This document shows positions 9,889 to 22,925 of a DNA stretch of 64,000 nt, in pieces. The first letter of the stretch is position 1; each line of letters opens with the position of its first letter. The translations under genes were made by a program, and so were the position numbers. The notes beneath the pieces are model-generated. The model saw nothing but the letters and a program-made list of their open reading frames with translations, was not told the origin of the DNA and made no database searches. Source of the DNA: Octopus sinensis (taxonomy: Eukaryota); assembly GCF_006345805.1 (NCBI RefSeq), contig NC_042999.1, positions 90,458,001 to 90,522,000 of the forward strand, read 5' to 3'.

Positions 9889-10383
9889 GTATTATTTACC
9901 AGAAGCTTAAAGCAGATGAACAAGACTATGTTTGAGAATGAAAGCAGAGACAAAACCAAAGAGTTTTACTTAGAGAGAGATGGCGATCAAAAGATTCTTC
10001 ACTGATGAGAATGACAATGCATAAATTAAATTATAAATTCTATTTCTATTTTTATTCAGGGACATAAACACACCAACATCAAGCGATGGTGGTGGGGGAC
10101 AAACACAAACATACCAACATATACAGATCATTGCTATTATGTTAAACTATTGTATGTTCAAATTTGGCCAAATGCATTTTTTTCAGTATTTACTTATGCT
10201 TGCAATAGCCAGTTCTTTTGGTCAAGCTATCGTATCTCCAGCCTCTTCAGATGCCAAGATATCATAAATTGTTAAAGTCTAGTACAACAGTTTTGCTATT
10301 GAATGGTGAAATTATTTTTTCATTTTCTGAAAAAGCAATGTTTTGGACTTACGACACCTTTGCATAATAGCAACAATATATAC

Positions 10384-10550
10384 GATGGGCTTCTTTCAGT
10401 TTCTGTCTACCAAATCCACTCACAAAGCTTTGGTTGGCCTGAGGCTATAGTAAAAGGCACTTGCCCAGGGTGCCATGCAGTGGGACTGAACCCAGCCCAG
10501 AACCATGTGGTTGGGAAACAAGCTTCTTACCACACAACCACGCCCGTACC
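10384..10550 (-). mobile_element. SINE family A, 5' part
   Basis: Reverse complement of the family A head and body. Confidence 0.8.
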
Positions 10551-10740
10551 TTTAAAACAGGGACATATATATATATATATATATACGTACATACATACAT
10601 ATGAAAGTATTCATGTGTGTGTAGGTATGTGCATGTAAGTACATAAATATATATATATATATATATATGCATATATATACAAATACATTCATACTTGCAT
10701 ACATACACTCACACACACACACACATGCACACGCACACAT

Positions 10741-10793
<53 letters not shown>

Positions 10794-11170
10794 TGGAAAG
10801 TAACTCTCCTTTCAACCATATTTTATTTAAAACATGACTAAGTGGGTTTTTTTAAACTAGTTCATGTTGATTTTTGAGTTTATGGTCTTGTTTTTATTGT
10901 ATAGTAATTCTCTCAAATGTTAATGTTTTCTATATATCTTCCTCATTACAAAGATTTAGTTTTAACATTCTTAAGTATGTACTTTTCTAAAAATGCAATT
11001 GTCATGTTTTGATTGTTGTTTGTCTTTTGTGGAAAGAATTTACTTTTACTTTTGCTTCCATGAAATTCTTCCACAAAGATCTTGTCTATAAGTTTATTGA
11101 GAATAGTTATATAGCAGGTGAGGCTGTGTGGTGAGGATTTGCTTCCTAAGAAAGAAGCCCATTGCATATA

Positions 11171-11368
11171 TCATCGTCGTCGTCGTCATCATCATCATCA
11201 TCTAACGTCTGTTTTCCATACTGGTATGGGTTGGACAGTTTGACAGGGGCTGGCTAGACAGAAGACTGCACCACGCTTCACTGTCTGTTTTGACAGGGGT
11301 TTTATGGCTGGATGCTCTTCTTAACACCAACCACCTTACAGATTGGATTGAGTGTTTTTACATGGCAG
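11171..11368 (-). mobile_element. RTE 3'-tail repeat ((GAT)n-tailed)
   Basis: Same CATCATC..TAACGTC..TTTCCAT.CTGG.ATGGGTTGGACAG block as 2061-2260. Confidence 0.75.
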
Positions 11369-11381
11369 ATATATACATATA

Positions 11382-13713
11382 CAGTAGAACCTTGCAGTAT
11401 GAGTGCCACTTTGTATGAGTAATTTGCTATATGAGCCGAGGCTTGTGCAAGTTTTTGTCTTGGAGTACAAGCAAGTTTCATACAAGTGACCACCAGTTGG
11501 CACTGAACTCACACATGCTCTCCCAATAAGTGCAGTCTCTGCTTGCTCAGTTCAGGTGTTCATCTCATTGTGACAACATGCCTATTGTGTTTTTCCCAGT
11601 GTTTTGTTTAGTTTTGTGCATTTTTTGCTATTATCTTTTAATAATTAGTTGTGTTAGCCATACGTTCTAAGGAAGTTAGTGTAAAGGACAGTGCTGAAAA
11701 GAAAAAAAGCTGATGATGATAGAACTGAAGAATGAAATCATAGACAAACATGAGAGAGGGGTGCTTGTAGTGGATAAAGCATGTCAATACGACTGAAGCA
11801 TGTTGATGAGCTGTGCCATCCTGAAGAAAAAGGATGAAATCAAGGCTGTTACAACAGCAAAGGGTGTCTACAGGCTCTCTAAGCAATACACATCTGTCCA
11901 TGAAAGATGGAAAAATTGTTTCTCCTGAAACAACTCACTGGGGATACAATTATGGAGACCATCATTTGCGAGAAAGTATGAGCGCTGCATAGGGATCTCC
12001 TGAAGCAGAACCCTGGAGCATCAACTGAGGAGACATCAGAAAATGCATTTAAGGCTAGTTGTGGTTGGTTTAATAATTTCAAGCAGAAGACTGGTGTTCA
12101 TAATGTCGTCAGGTATGGAGAAGCAGTGAGTTCTGACATGAAGGCACCTGAAGATTTTGAGTGTGAATTCTGTCAGCTCATTGCAGCCAAGGGGTACATT
12201 GCACAACAGGTATTCAACTGTGATGAAACTGGCCACTTTTGGAAAAAATACCCAGAAGAATGTACATAACTGCAAAGGAAAAGAAAATGTCAGGCCAAAA
12301 GCCTATGAAAGAAAGGCTAACTCTCACCCTTTGTGCCAATGCAAGTAGAAACTTGAAGATTAAGCCACTCCTTGTCTACCATTCCGAAAACCCAAGTGTG
12401 CTCAAATAACACAATATCCTGAAGAAGAAGCTGCATGTCACATGGAGGGCAAATGTTGAAGTCTGGGTCACCAGGCAATTCACTGAGTGGGTCAACCTTG
12501 CCTTCGGACCAGCAGTGAAAAAGTACTTTTTGGAGAACAATCTTCCTCTCAAGGCTCTCTTTATCCTTGACAATGTTCCTGCTCATTTTCAAAGATGATA
12601 TCCTAGACAAATTTAAATTTATAAAAGTTCTGTACCTTTCAGGTAACACCACCCCTATCTTGCAGCCCATGGACCAACAGGTAATTTCTAATTTTAAGAA
12701 ATTGTACATCAAGCATAAAAATACAATTCTAAGCCTTTGTGAGTTTTGGAAGAAGTGCTACAACATTGTAAACTGCTTGAAAATCATCGATATGGCCTGG
12801 CAGGGTGTTACAAGGAGAACACTGAATTCTGCATGGAGGAAACTGTGGCCTGATTGTGTATCCAAAAGAGACTTTGAGGTGTTTTAGTTGTAGTTGAGAA
12901 GATAGTATCTCTTGGCAAGTCCATGGGCCTTGAGGTTGATGATGGAGACATTAACGATCTTGTCAAGGAACACCCAGTGGAGCTGACAACAGATGAACCC
13001 CTGCAACTTCAGGAGCAGCAGCATTTGGATGTGGTGGAAGAGATTGGTTCCCCAGTGGAAGACAGTATAGCGGAGAATGCTATCTCTATGACTAATATAA
13101 AGGCAGTGTTGGCAAAGTGGCAGTATGTTTCTAAGTTTATAGACAAATATCATCTTGGAAAAGTAGCTACAGTTCATGCAGCTACTTAATTAAATAACAC
13201 TGATCTGTCACATTTTCATAACATTTTGAAAGGCAGGAAAAAGCAGACTTCTCTTGATATGTTTCTAATGAAACAACCTGCAAGTGTAAAAAGTGGAGAA
13301 AGTGTGTCCAAGAAGACTAAATTAAGTAAAGTGAGACAGAAAACGCCAGAAATTGTTCTTCCTGAAGTTTTAATGGAAGGAGAATTTCCTTCCAACAGTA
13401 ATCCTCCTCCTCCCCACTCTATCATCTTCCTCATGCACAACAAATCGTCCCATCTTTAAGGTAACTCTGCTAATAAAACCAGTTTACATATTTCTTTTGC
13501 ATTCTCTTTTTTATATTGGTCATTTTATTCATAACTATACCTTTTCTGTTTTAAAACCTATAAAAAAATAATTTTTGGGTGTTTTTGTGTGGCTGGAATG
13601 GATTTATTATATTTTAGTTAATTTCAATGGGGAAAATTGATTTGTAAAATGAGTAAATCATAAAAGGAGCTTGGTCACGGAATGAATTAAACTCGTACTG
13701 CAAGGTATCACTG
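11382..13713 (+). mobile_element. Full-length decayed Tigger/pogo-family DNA transposon
   Basis: 23-bp TIRs (CAGTAGAACCTTGCAGTATGAGT at 11382-11404; reverse complement at 13691-13713; 19/23 match), TA target duplication on both sides, internal transposase. Confidence 0.92.
11660..13459 (+). pseudogene. pogo/Tigger (TIGD1-like) CENP-B/DDE transposase, frameshifted
   Basis: HTH region (FKASCGWFNNFK) and catalytic motifs FNCDETG (D at 12222), ILDNVPAH (12569) and LQPMDQQVISNFK (12660s). Several stops and frameshifts. Confidence 0.9.
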
Positions 13714-14196
13714 TATATATATATATATATATATAGTGACACAGTAATGCAAGCAGAGTTCTTCATTTCCAATATACTGTGAAAACATGTTTGGTCATGT
13801 GCAAATATTTCCTTTCTTGGAAGCAGGTAAGGAAGGGCATCCAGTCATAGAAAATCTGCCTTGAATTCTGTCTAATCCATGCAAGCATAAAAAATTGAAT
13901 ATTGAAATGGCAGTAGTGTGATAGATAGAGGAGTTGCTATTGTATGTAGTCAAAATCACAGCATATATAGTTCCATGGAATTTAGCAACATAAATCATGC
14001 AAAACTGTCATGACCAATATTTTCTATTTCTTCTCTGTTCAAATTTTCAAGGTAATCCTGATGACCACAGTATTATCCAAAGTCCAGCTGTGTGATTAAC
14101 TTCAATAAATAATCTTACATGTGGGTGCTATTCACTAACTGCCTTAAGGTATATATATTTTTTACATTTGGTTTTCTTCTAATAGATGTCATGCCT

Positions 14197-14774
14197 TTAG
14201 AACTCAAAGAGATCAATCTTTTGCTAAAAATACCATAACGAAAGTGTTTGTTCAGTAATTTCTGTACAAAATTTAATTTTTCTTAAATCTTTTCCTCAGC
14301 AGAAGCATTTATGTTTATGCATTTTTTGTGTATGTGTCATGCATTTGTGCATTTGTGTGTGTGTGTGTGTATTTGTGTAAGTACTATGTTTATGTATTTT
14401 TGTATATATGTAATTATTTATGTGTGTATGTAAAAATCTTCGTGCACGTAAGTATATGAATGTGTTTATGTGTATGTATATTTCTGTACGTTCACGTATA
14501 CACAAATACACACACACACATGTATATACAGTACTTACAAAAACATACATACATACACATAAAGACATAATACATGCACAAAAAATGCATGAACATAGTA
14601 CTTACACAAATATACACGCAAACACATAATGCACATAAAGACATAAATATAAGCTGAAAAAAAGAATTAAGGAAATAAAAATTTTGTACAGAAATTGCCG
14701 AGCAAACACTTTCATTATTGTGATACTTTAACCAAAAGATTACCCTTAGAAAGCATAAGAATATTGAGTTCTAA
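14197..14774. repeat. Fold-back element: ~87-bp inverted arms around an inverted microsatellite-like core
   Basis: 14215-14300 is about 80% identical to the reverse complement of 14653-14741. Outer TTAGAACTCAA/TTGAGTTCTAA pair. Inner TATTTGTGTAAGTACTATGTT blocks are also inverted. Confidence 0.8.
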
Positions 14775-14904
14775 CAACTGGTTATTAGTATCATTGCTAA
14801 ATCATTTTTTACACACACACATGCACATGCACATGTGCATGCAGATGCATGCATGAGTGCAAACATGCACAAGTACTTGCACGCACAAGCACACACATGC
14901 ACAT

Positions 14905-15440
14905 CAGTATCATTTAACATCTGTTTTCCATGCTGACGTGAGTTGGACTATTCAACAGGATCTGGTGAACTTTGCATTGTGTCCAGTATTTTCTATGGCT
15001 GGCATAATGCCAGCTACTTTACAGTGTGAGCATTTTTCATACCACCAGTGCAACTGAAGTTGCCACAAACCTTACAAAGAAGGAAAGAACAAAAAAGGAC
15101 AAGAAAGAAAAAAAAGGAGAAGGCGAAAAGTCCTCCTGATTAAGTGGGAGAAGTATTTGAAAGTGTGGAGAGGTGGCTTTATACCAGGGACAAGCAGAGG
15201 TGTTTTGCTATAGAGAGGCTAAATGGCCACTTGCATTATATAAGGGTAGGTGCAAGTATCTGGGAAAATGATAAGATGGTAATAAAGGGCTGCTAGAACA
15301 AAATTCAAGGAGTGAGAGATGTTACTGGTAGTGGATCAGGGGTGCGGAAAGAAGTTATAAGAGTGTGAGGGGAAGGTAACTGATATTTAGAGGTGGAACA
15401 CATGGGACAAAGTAGTGCAAAGGATTTCCTACACCAAAAC
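14905..15440 (-). mobile_element. Decayed RTE 3' UTR/tail remnants
   Basis: A CATCATTTAACATC..TTTTCCATGCTG tail block followed by purine-rich sequence complementary in character to RTE 3' UTRs elsewhere in the window. Confidence 0.4.
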
Positions 15441-15777
15441 TAATTTCAGTCATATAACTCCACCAGCCAACTAAGAAAAACAAAAACTTGCTAATGACTA
15501 TATAAAAACCAAAAGAACCTGAGTAAAGTACAGTTTGATGAAGACAACCTGGCTGAAACTTTGAAGTCATAGTTAATCGTTTCCTAGCAAATGTTAGTAA
15601 ATATTTACTCTACTAAAAGGCATTGAGTAATCTTTCAGTTTAATGTTGTTTTATATAGTGTACATGTGTTTTTTGAGGTCATTTGTATGAATGTAGAAAA
15701 AGATGCATAGCTAATCAAAGAAAAGCTGTATTTGAAAACAAATTAGCACAAATAATCTTGAGAATCTTCTATCAAAC

Positions 15778-15977
15778 TTATTCAATGAGTCTACCATTTG
15801 CTTCAATGACTGCTTCAATACAGGGTTGTAAGTATTGACATGCCTGAATCAGATGATCATAATCAACTTTGGGCATAGTACTAGTTGTGGTGGATCTGAG
15901 AGATTGCATGGTATTATGGGGGTGTTGATTGACCTCTCTCAACTATGTCCCATATGTAATAGTCCAGTGGATTGAGG
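15778..15977 (-). pseudogene. Tc1/mariner-superfamily transposase C-terminal fragment (maT/Tc1-like)
   Basis: Minus strand reads LNPLDYYIWG../EREVNQHPHNT..SLRS....DHLIQACQYLQPCIEAVIEANGRLIE*, with one frameshift. Confidence 0.7.
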
Positions 15978-16079
15978 ATCAGACAGCTTTCAGGAAGTGA
16001 GCTATCTCTGTGTCACTGTATTGTGCTTAAGGCAATGATCACAGTGTGCCTTTTCATTTGTTTCTATCATCAGAGGCCT

Positions 16080-16925
16080 CCAGTAGAATTCTCTACATTT
16101 TTGTAGGCTTGCTGGGTCTTTGAGTTTCCATAATCTTCTTTTCCAATGTGGATTATGTCCTTGAGTCTTTCTAGCCCTAATTCTGAAGTCACTAACTAGT
16201 AGCTTATGTTGGGGTGTACACTCTTCACCTGGGAAAGACTTTGCATTTGTGAGAAATTGCCTGTTTCCTTGCCTTGTGAAGAGGTAATGAACCTGGCTTA
16301 TATTCCCACCAGACTGATAAATAATTAGGTGGCTTTCGAAAGTTAGTGTTGCAGATCACAAAATCATTTGCATCACAGAACTCAAGTAGCCTTGTACCTT
16401 CCTCATTCCTGGTGCCAAAGCCATAACCACTATGCACACCCTGGAATCCATGGGAATGCTGCCCAACATGTCCATTAAAGATGCCAGCCATAATGAAGTT
16501 TCTGTCATTTGTTGTTGAGGCAGTCTGAAAAGAACCTTGTAGAATTGGTCCTTCTGATCATCAGCCAACCCAACCTGTGGAGCATAGGCAAAGATAAATG
16601 TAATTGTTGATCTATCTATGATAAGTCTCAACTTAATAACCCTATCATATACGCTGACTACCTCAATTACTTTATCTACCCATTTATCTGCGAAGTGTAT
16701 GTCTACACCACCAACTCTATCACGCCTGCCTATCCAGAAGAATTTAAACCTCTGTTTCTTACCTATGAGGAATCAAGCAGAAGTTGCTTTCCATCTCACT
16801 TTTTGCACACCACACACATTGACATGATGATGCTCCATCATTTCAACAATCTCATCAGATCTCCCCTTCATTGTTCTAATATTGATGTTTGCAGCCCTAA
16901 AATTGTATACCTGGGAGAGACAATG
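16080..16925 (-). pseudogene. RTE LINE 5' fragment (APE endonuclease)
   Basis: CGVQKVRW, FAYAPQ, FNGHVG, NEEGTRLLEFC and FPGEECTPQHKLLVSDF motifs. Same family as 60.2-61.1 kb. Confidence 0.9.
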
Positions 16926-17039
16926 GAAAGGTAGTCACTAAGGAGCTTTTGTTAGTTTTTGAAAAAAATCTGTGTAAACGTTTGCCAGATAGTGTAGTGT
17001 ATATCATGAATTTGATTCAATGAAGTATAATTTTTCACT

Positions 17040-17760
17040 CTACCATACAACATCCAGATTAAGACCTAGTATTAACCTTATATGCTAATACACTCATATA
17101 TCGTATATGTGTACATATACAAACACAACACAGTATGGTATGAATCTTACATATTCATATATATAAGCACACACACATACACACATACACCCATACATAC
17201 ACACATATGAACATGCAGTCCACACAGAGGTGCACATAGATGTAAATATATACATATATACCCATAAGCATATACATATATACTTATAAGTATATACACC
17301 CACACAAAAATATATACATAATGAGGTTCACATGAGTACATACAGACACTAACATGGTCAGCTGACAGGTACTCAAAAAAATATTAAAAGGATACAGAGG
17401 GGGAAAACCTCTATGCACAGACCAGGAGTATGGTTACTTAGAGAGAGTCAAGCACATTTATAGTTAAACGGCAGGGGTGGGAATGTCTTTATTTCCCTGA
17501 ACTTGGTTGAATCAGAGTTGTTTACTTCTGTAGGTAGTACCCAGTGCTAAATGTGAGTATAGGGGTGTCTAGTTTCTTATTTGATAGTTTACATTATGAT
17601 TTTATACACACGTACATACGTAAAATGAAAATTCAAAAGCAGTTAAAAGAATAACAAACAATATAGAAAGAAAATGTATAATGACAAGATATTAATTTAA
17701 TGCATGGAATATACATACATACATACATATATATACACACACACACATGAATATGAATAC

Positions 17761-17831
<71 letters not shown>

Positions 17832-18000
17832 CACACACAATATATATATATTGTATATATATATATTTATATATATATATACACACATGCATACATACAT
17901 ACATACATGCGTACATACACATACTTGCATGTGCACACACACATATGCAGGTACATATGAATTAATACACTAGAGTTTGTAATAACACATAGTAATACGT
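17040..18000. repeat. Microsatellite-rich low-complexity tract (CA/TA/ACAT)
   Basis: Direct reading. Confidence 0.8.
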
Positions 18001-19024
18001 ATATCCTGAGGTTTACAAACACACAAATGCACCACGAGCATCTCTCAATAAGAGCAACAACAATAGCCCAGTTTTTCAAAGCAGGTACTGAGAAACCTCA
18101 CATTTCTGTGAGATAAGCTGTCTTTTAACAGAATGAGAAAAATATCTAATAAAAAAAAAATGGTATTCATCATTTTCAAAGTAATATACTGTTATAGTTC
18201 TTTTCTTCTCTGAATAAAATCTCTATCTAAAAATAATGTTGCTATCATTTAACGTTTTATTAAAATTTTAGTGGTGGTGGTCTGTAAAGTTCTGTGATTT
18301 TTGGAAAATCATCTAAGAATTCTATGATAAAATAAACTTTGAAAACCACTAGCATACATAGCAACCTAGAGATATAAAAATAATAGATATTCAAATACTT
18401 ATAAATGCTAGGACAGAATACGTTGTAGTTTGACTAAAGTTATCAGAGAATTTTTATGGATGTTGGGATAACAGTTTTCCCATAACGTAAACATCATCAT
18501 CATAAGCATCATTATTTTTATGCCTGCTTTCCATACTGTTATGGCTTGGATACAGTTGTCACTGTTTAAGTCAGCTTCTTTTGAGAGCTACTGCTTCCAT
18601 AGACTGATCGCTAGACATTTGGCTTGATTTCTATGACTGAATACCCTTTTTTGTTGCTAGCCACTTTACGAAACATATTGAGTGCTTTTGTCATAATTTC
18701 AACACTAGAGCTGCTGAATAAAAGAATTTAAGAAATCTGTGTACATCCTATGCTCAGTTTATTGATCACTTTACAATGTATACTAGGTGCTTTTGTAGTA
18801 CCATCATGAAAGAGATTATCTCATCTGGCCCTTTGAAGGGAACCTGAGTTATCAGCTGGCAGCAGTATTGGAAGAATGATGTCTTGTTCCCAGGATAATG
18901 TAGAAAATATTCAGAACTCAGACACATAGGCCAGGAAGGGCATATATAAGTGTGGGTGAGTGTGTATATTATAGCTATACTGTATTATAGAATATCACTA
19001 TTGATTTTTTGCTAACATAACTAA

Positions 19025-19656
19025 CATACATACATACATAATACATACATACATACATACATACATACATACATACATACATACATACATACATACATAC
19101 ATACATACATACATACATACATAAATACATACATACATACATAAATACATACATACATACATACACACACATACACATACATACATACATACATACACAC
19201 ATACATACATACATACATACATACATACATACATACACACATACATACATACATACATACATAAATACATACATACACAAATACACACATACGTGCATAC
19301 ACATATACATACATACATACATACATACACACACACACATACATACATACATACATACACACATACACACATATATACATACATACATACATACATACAC
19401 ACATACACACATACATACATACATACATACATACATACATACATACATACATACACACATACACACATACATACATACATACATACACACATACACACAT
19501 ACATACATACATACATAAATACATACATACACACATACACACATACACATATACATACATACATACACACACACATACACACATACATACATACATACAT
19601 ACATACATACATACATACATACATACATACATACATACATACATACATACATACAT
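19025..19656. repeat. ~630-bp (ACAT)n array with (AC) interruptions
   Basis: Direct reading. Source of the longest spurious ORFs in the track. Confidence 0.97.
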
Positions 19657-20503
19657 AAGGGAACAGTTAAACATATGTGTATCATGAGGTGTACAAACAC
19701 ACAAAGATTTCACCAGCAACTGTGAACCCTCCTAAACTATTCATTGACATATTCCTTATAAACTGAATGTTACTGAGTATTGAATCCTATCAGCTCTGAG
19801 CATAGTGAGAAATTAATGTCTATATCTGAGTTTCAAATCCAGAATGTATAAAAACACTAACTGAAACTACTACTGTACAGAAACACCTAAAAATTGAGAT
19901 TATTTTTTGTAACTGGAAAACTGTGTATCTAAAACTGATATTGCATCACTGCTACCATCAGCTAATAGAGAACCATGCCTCCTCATTTGAGGCACATCAT
20001 TGTCACTTTTAACTTGAAACCCTTCATCTTCTATTCACTTTAAGTCATCTTCTGAATACATTGGATCAAATTCCCATTGATCTTCATCAGAATCTTCTAA
20101 AATTTGCTGTAACTCATTTGTTTCAAACAAACTTTTATTTCATCATTTATCTCTAGAAATGTTTGTGTGCAGTGGAGTTCATGATAAAAAAAGAAAAGAA
20201 AACATTGCAAAAAAATTACTGAAACACCACCAGTTAATCTAGTATTATCTCCAAGCAGACATTTTTCAACAGCCTAATTCTACTCCGAAAGTGTATTGTT
20301 TTCTGACCGACCAATCTAATTTTTGATTGATTGGATTTTCACATGAGGTTTGTTAATTGATACTTTATTAGCATTTCAGAGGATGATGAGTCTGAAACGT
20401 CTGATAAACTGGGTGTATAACCCAAGTGGCTTAAGTAAATTGACCAAATTGTATATACAATGCTTTCTTAGTTGGTTGGAATATTAAATTATTGGTGTTT
20501 TGC

Positions 20504-20854
20504 TTTGTTACTATACTGTATTACAGAATATATCTATAGAATTTTTTTTATTGCTATACTGTATATGTGTTGATGGATATTAAAGAAGAGATCTCTTCTG
20601 TATATACAATATTTCCATGAACCGAAAAACAGAGAGTAGCCAGACCTGACATGTTTTGAGATTTCATCAGCAACCGTGTAATCTCTTTGATTTCATAAAC
20701 ATATTATAAACCTGCCACTATTAAAGGCTGAATAGAACAGTATAGCAATAAAACACAATTCACCTGTTATTCAGTATTTGAATTAACTGTAGAGAAGGCA
20801 TTATGTATATAAACTGGTCTGTAGATATATTCTATACTACAGTATAGCAACAAA
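20504..20854. repeat. Nested fold-back / MITE-like element
   Basis: 20504-20540 versus the reverse complement of 20818-20854 (33/37). Inner pair 20548-20563 / 20737-20751. Confidence 0.8.
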
Positions 20855-21787
20855 AATAAAAAAATAGCTGTTTAAACACCATTATTTTAATATATATTTA
20901 TACCTACCTACCTTCTTCCTACTCTCTCTCCCTCTCTATTGCCTTCCCTACTGCCCTATCCATCCATCCATCCATCCATTCATCTATTCATCCATTCATC
21001 CATTCATCCATCCATCCAACTATTCATCCATCTATTTACCTATCTAAAGTTATACCATAATTATTTAGCTTTAATCATATTGTTCCTTTCATGGTGAGCC
21101 TAGAACCTTTGCTTCAAAATAGTATCTGTGTTTTTGGGGCATGAGTATGTGTTATTCACATTCAAGTATGTATGTATGTATGTATGTATGTATGTATGTA
21201 TGTATGTATGTATGTATGTATGTATGTATGTATGTATGTATGTGCTTGTAGCTGTGTGTGTTTCTATCATCTATACTAGTATACAGTCACATATTTTAGT
21301 GTATAACCAGATCTTTTACTGATGGAATAAATGCTGGTACACCTGTTCTTCTAAAATAGAAAGCCTGGGAGTCAGTATGGATATTCTGACTGAAATTTCC
21401 ATGATAAATAATTTGGCTTCTCTTTCTTCCATTTGTCAGCACTAATATACAAATGTATGCATGTGTGTGGAGTAGGGTATATTTTATAAATATATATATA
21501 AAGAGAGAGAGAGAGAGTGAGTGGGTGAAAGTGAAATATGCTCAGTATAAGCTCAAAATAAGCTCAAATAAATGTGCACTTAGGTTCCATCCGCCAAATT
21601 TACTTAACAATTTCATCTGGATTTGTCACTGGCCTCACATCTATGACATGCACATATGAATATGGTTATTAATGTATGTTTGGCCTCTTGAAATAGCTGT
21701 CAAGATAAGACATTACATAATGTTTTTCATAATATATATTTTTTTCTTTATTTTATAATCTGTATTTTATGTTCCATGTAAGTATAT

Positions 21788-21948
21788 GAGTGATGTGGCT
21801 ATGTGGTAAGAAGCTTGCTTCTCAACCACATGGTCCTGGATTCACTCCCATTGTGTGGCACCTTGAGTAAGTGTCTTCTACTGTAGCGTCAGGCTGGCCA
21901 AAGTCATGTGAGTGGATTTGGTAGACAGAAACTGAAAGAAGTGCGTCT
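21788..21948 (+). mobile_element. SINE family A, 5' part
   Basis: GTGGCTATGTGGTAAGAAGCTTGC head and GTGAGTGGATTTGGTAGACAGAAACTGAAAGAAG body. Confidence 0.8.
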
Positions 21949-21960
21949 TGTTTGTGTGTA

Positions 21961-21991
<31 letters not shown>

Positions 21992-22911
21992 ATGTATGTA
22001 TGTATCTATCTATCTATCTATATATCTATCTATAAATATATATATATGTATGCATATATCTATGATATATCTATGTGTATGCATCTTTGTACCTGTGTTT
22101 GTCCCTGTATCATTGCTATATATATAGGAGTGGACTGAGGACTGAGCCTTGATGCAATATCACCAGCACACTAAATTTGTTACTAGTTGACTCTAACTTC
22201 ACATGTAAGTAGCCTTCAGAGCACTCACATACTATTAATCTATAATTAGTTTTTTTTTTTGTCACCACCATTTTACAAAAAGTGGTACTTTGTAAAAGCC
22301 CAATCTCTTAGTCATTGAATACCAGCTATAGTGACTTACTATTAAGTAAATATTTCCCTTACTTTGTGGTATTTCTTCTGGACATAAAGCTGAACAGCAT
22401 TCCATCTAAGCTAATATCAAATGATTGACAACAAGATTGTACTTTTTATTTATCACAAATATTTTATGTAATATTCTTATAATACAAACATTAGTCTTGA
22501 ACATCTTGTGATTCTGGAGATGCTAAATCTGCAGGAATTTCATATGAAAGATATGCATGAATGGTTTATTGTTCATTACCATGTAGAAGTAAACATGATA
22601 ATTAAAAATGTTTCCCTAGATCATAAATCTATACACCAATAGTTTGATACACAGTGGTACACAGATTTGAAAATATGAAAAATTATTTGATGATCAAATT
22701 TGTTACACACTCTTCTATCTCCTTTAACTGGAAATGTTAACATATCTTTGGCTCAAAAAGAAAAGCGATTGCAAAATCAAGAACTGTTGTCTATAATTCT
22801 AAATTTGCTGCATTTATTTAAAAGACTTTTAGGTGGGTAGTGTTGTTGACCTGGTATGCTAGAGGTAATAGCATGGTACTCCAATGTGTCAAATTTTCAC
22901 AGAAATGAGGA

Positions 22912-22925
22912 GTTACCATGGAAAC
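22912..22925. promoter_or_regulatory. RFX X-box-like palindrome GTTACCATGGAAAC
   Basis: Matches the GTTNCCATGGNAAC consensus in non-repetitive sequence. No functional evidence. Confidence 0.25.

Noticed and set aside
10205-10255. Minus-strand CTGAAGA-GGCTGGAGATA...GAACTGG hammerhead-like relic
   Set aside because: GAAA is broken, spacing is wrong and there is no stem I. At most a very old relative of the 8552 motif.
18975-19719. Longest ORFs in the track (216-241 aa, MYVC/HTYI repeats), and the similar [16 protein letters not shown] ORFs elsewhere
   Set aside because: They are translations of microsatellites that lack stop codons by construction.
19985-20140. Acidic minus-strand peptide (NELQQILEDSDEDQWEFDP) resembling a piggyBac transposase N-terminus
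   Set aside because: Low-complexity similarity only, bounded by stops, with no catalytic region or clear TTAA-flanked TIR.
20376-20405. GAAACGTC preceded by CAGAGGA/GATGA as a hammerhead
   Set aside because: The core does not match CUGANGA and no stem I can be formed.
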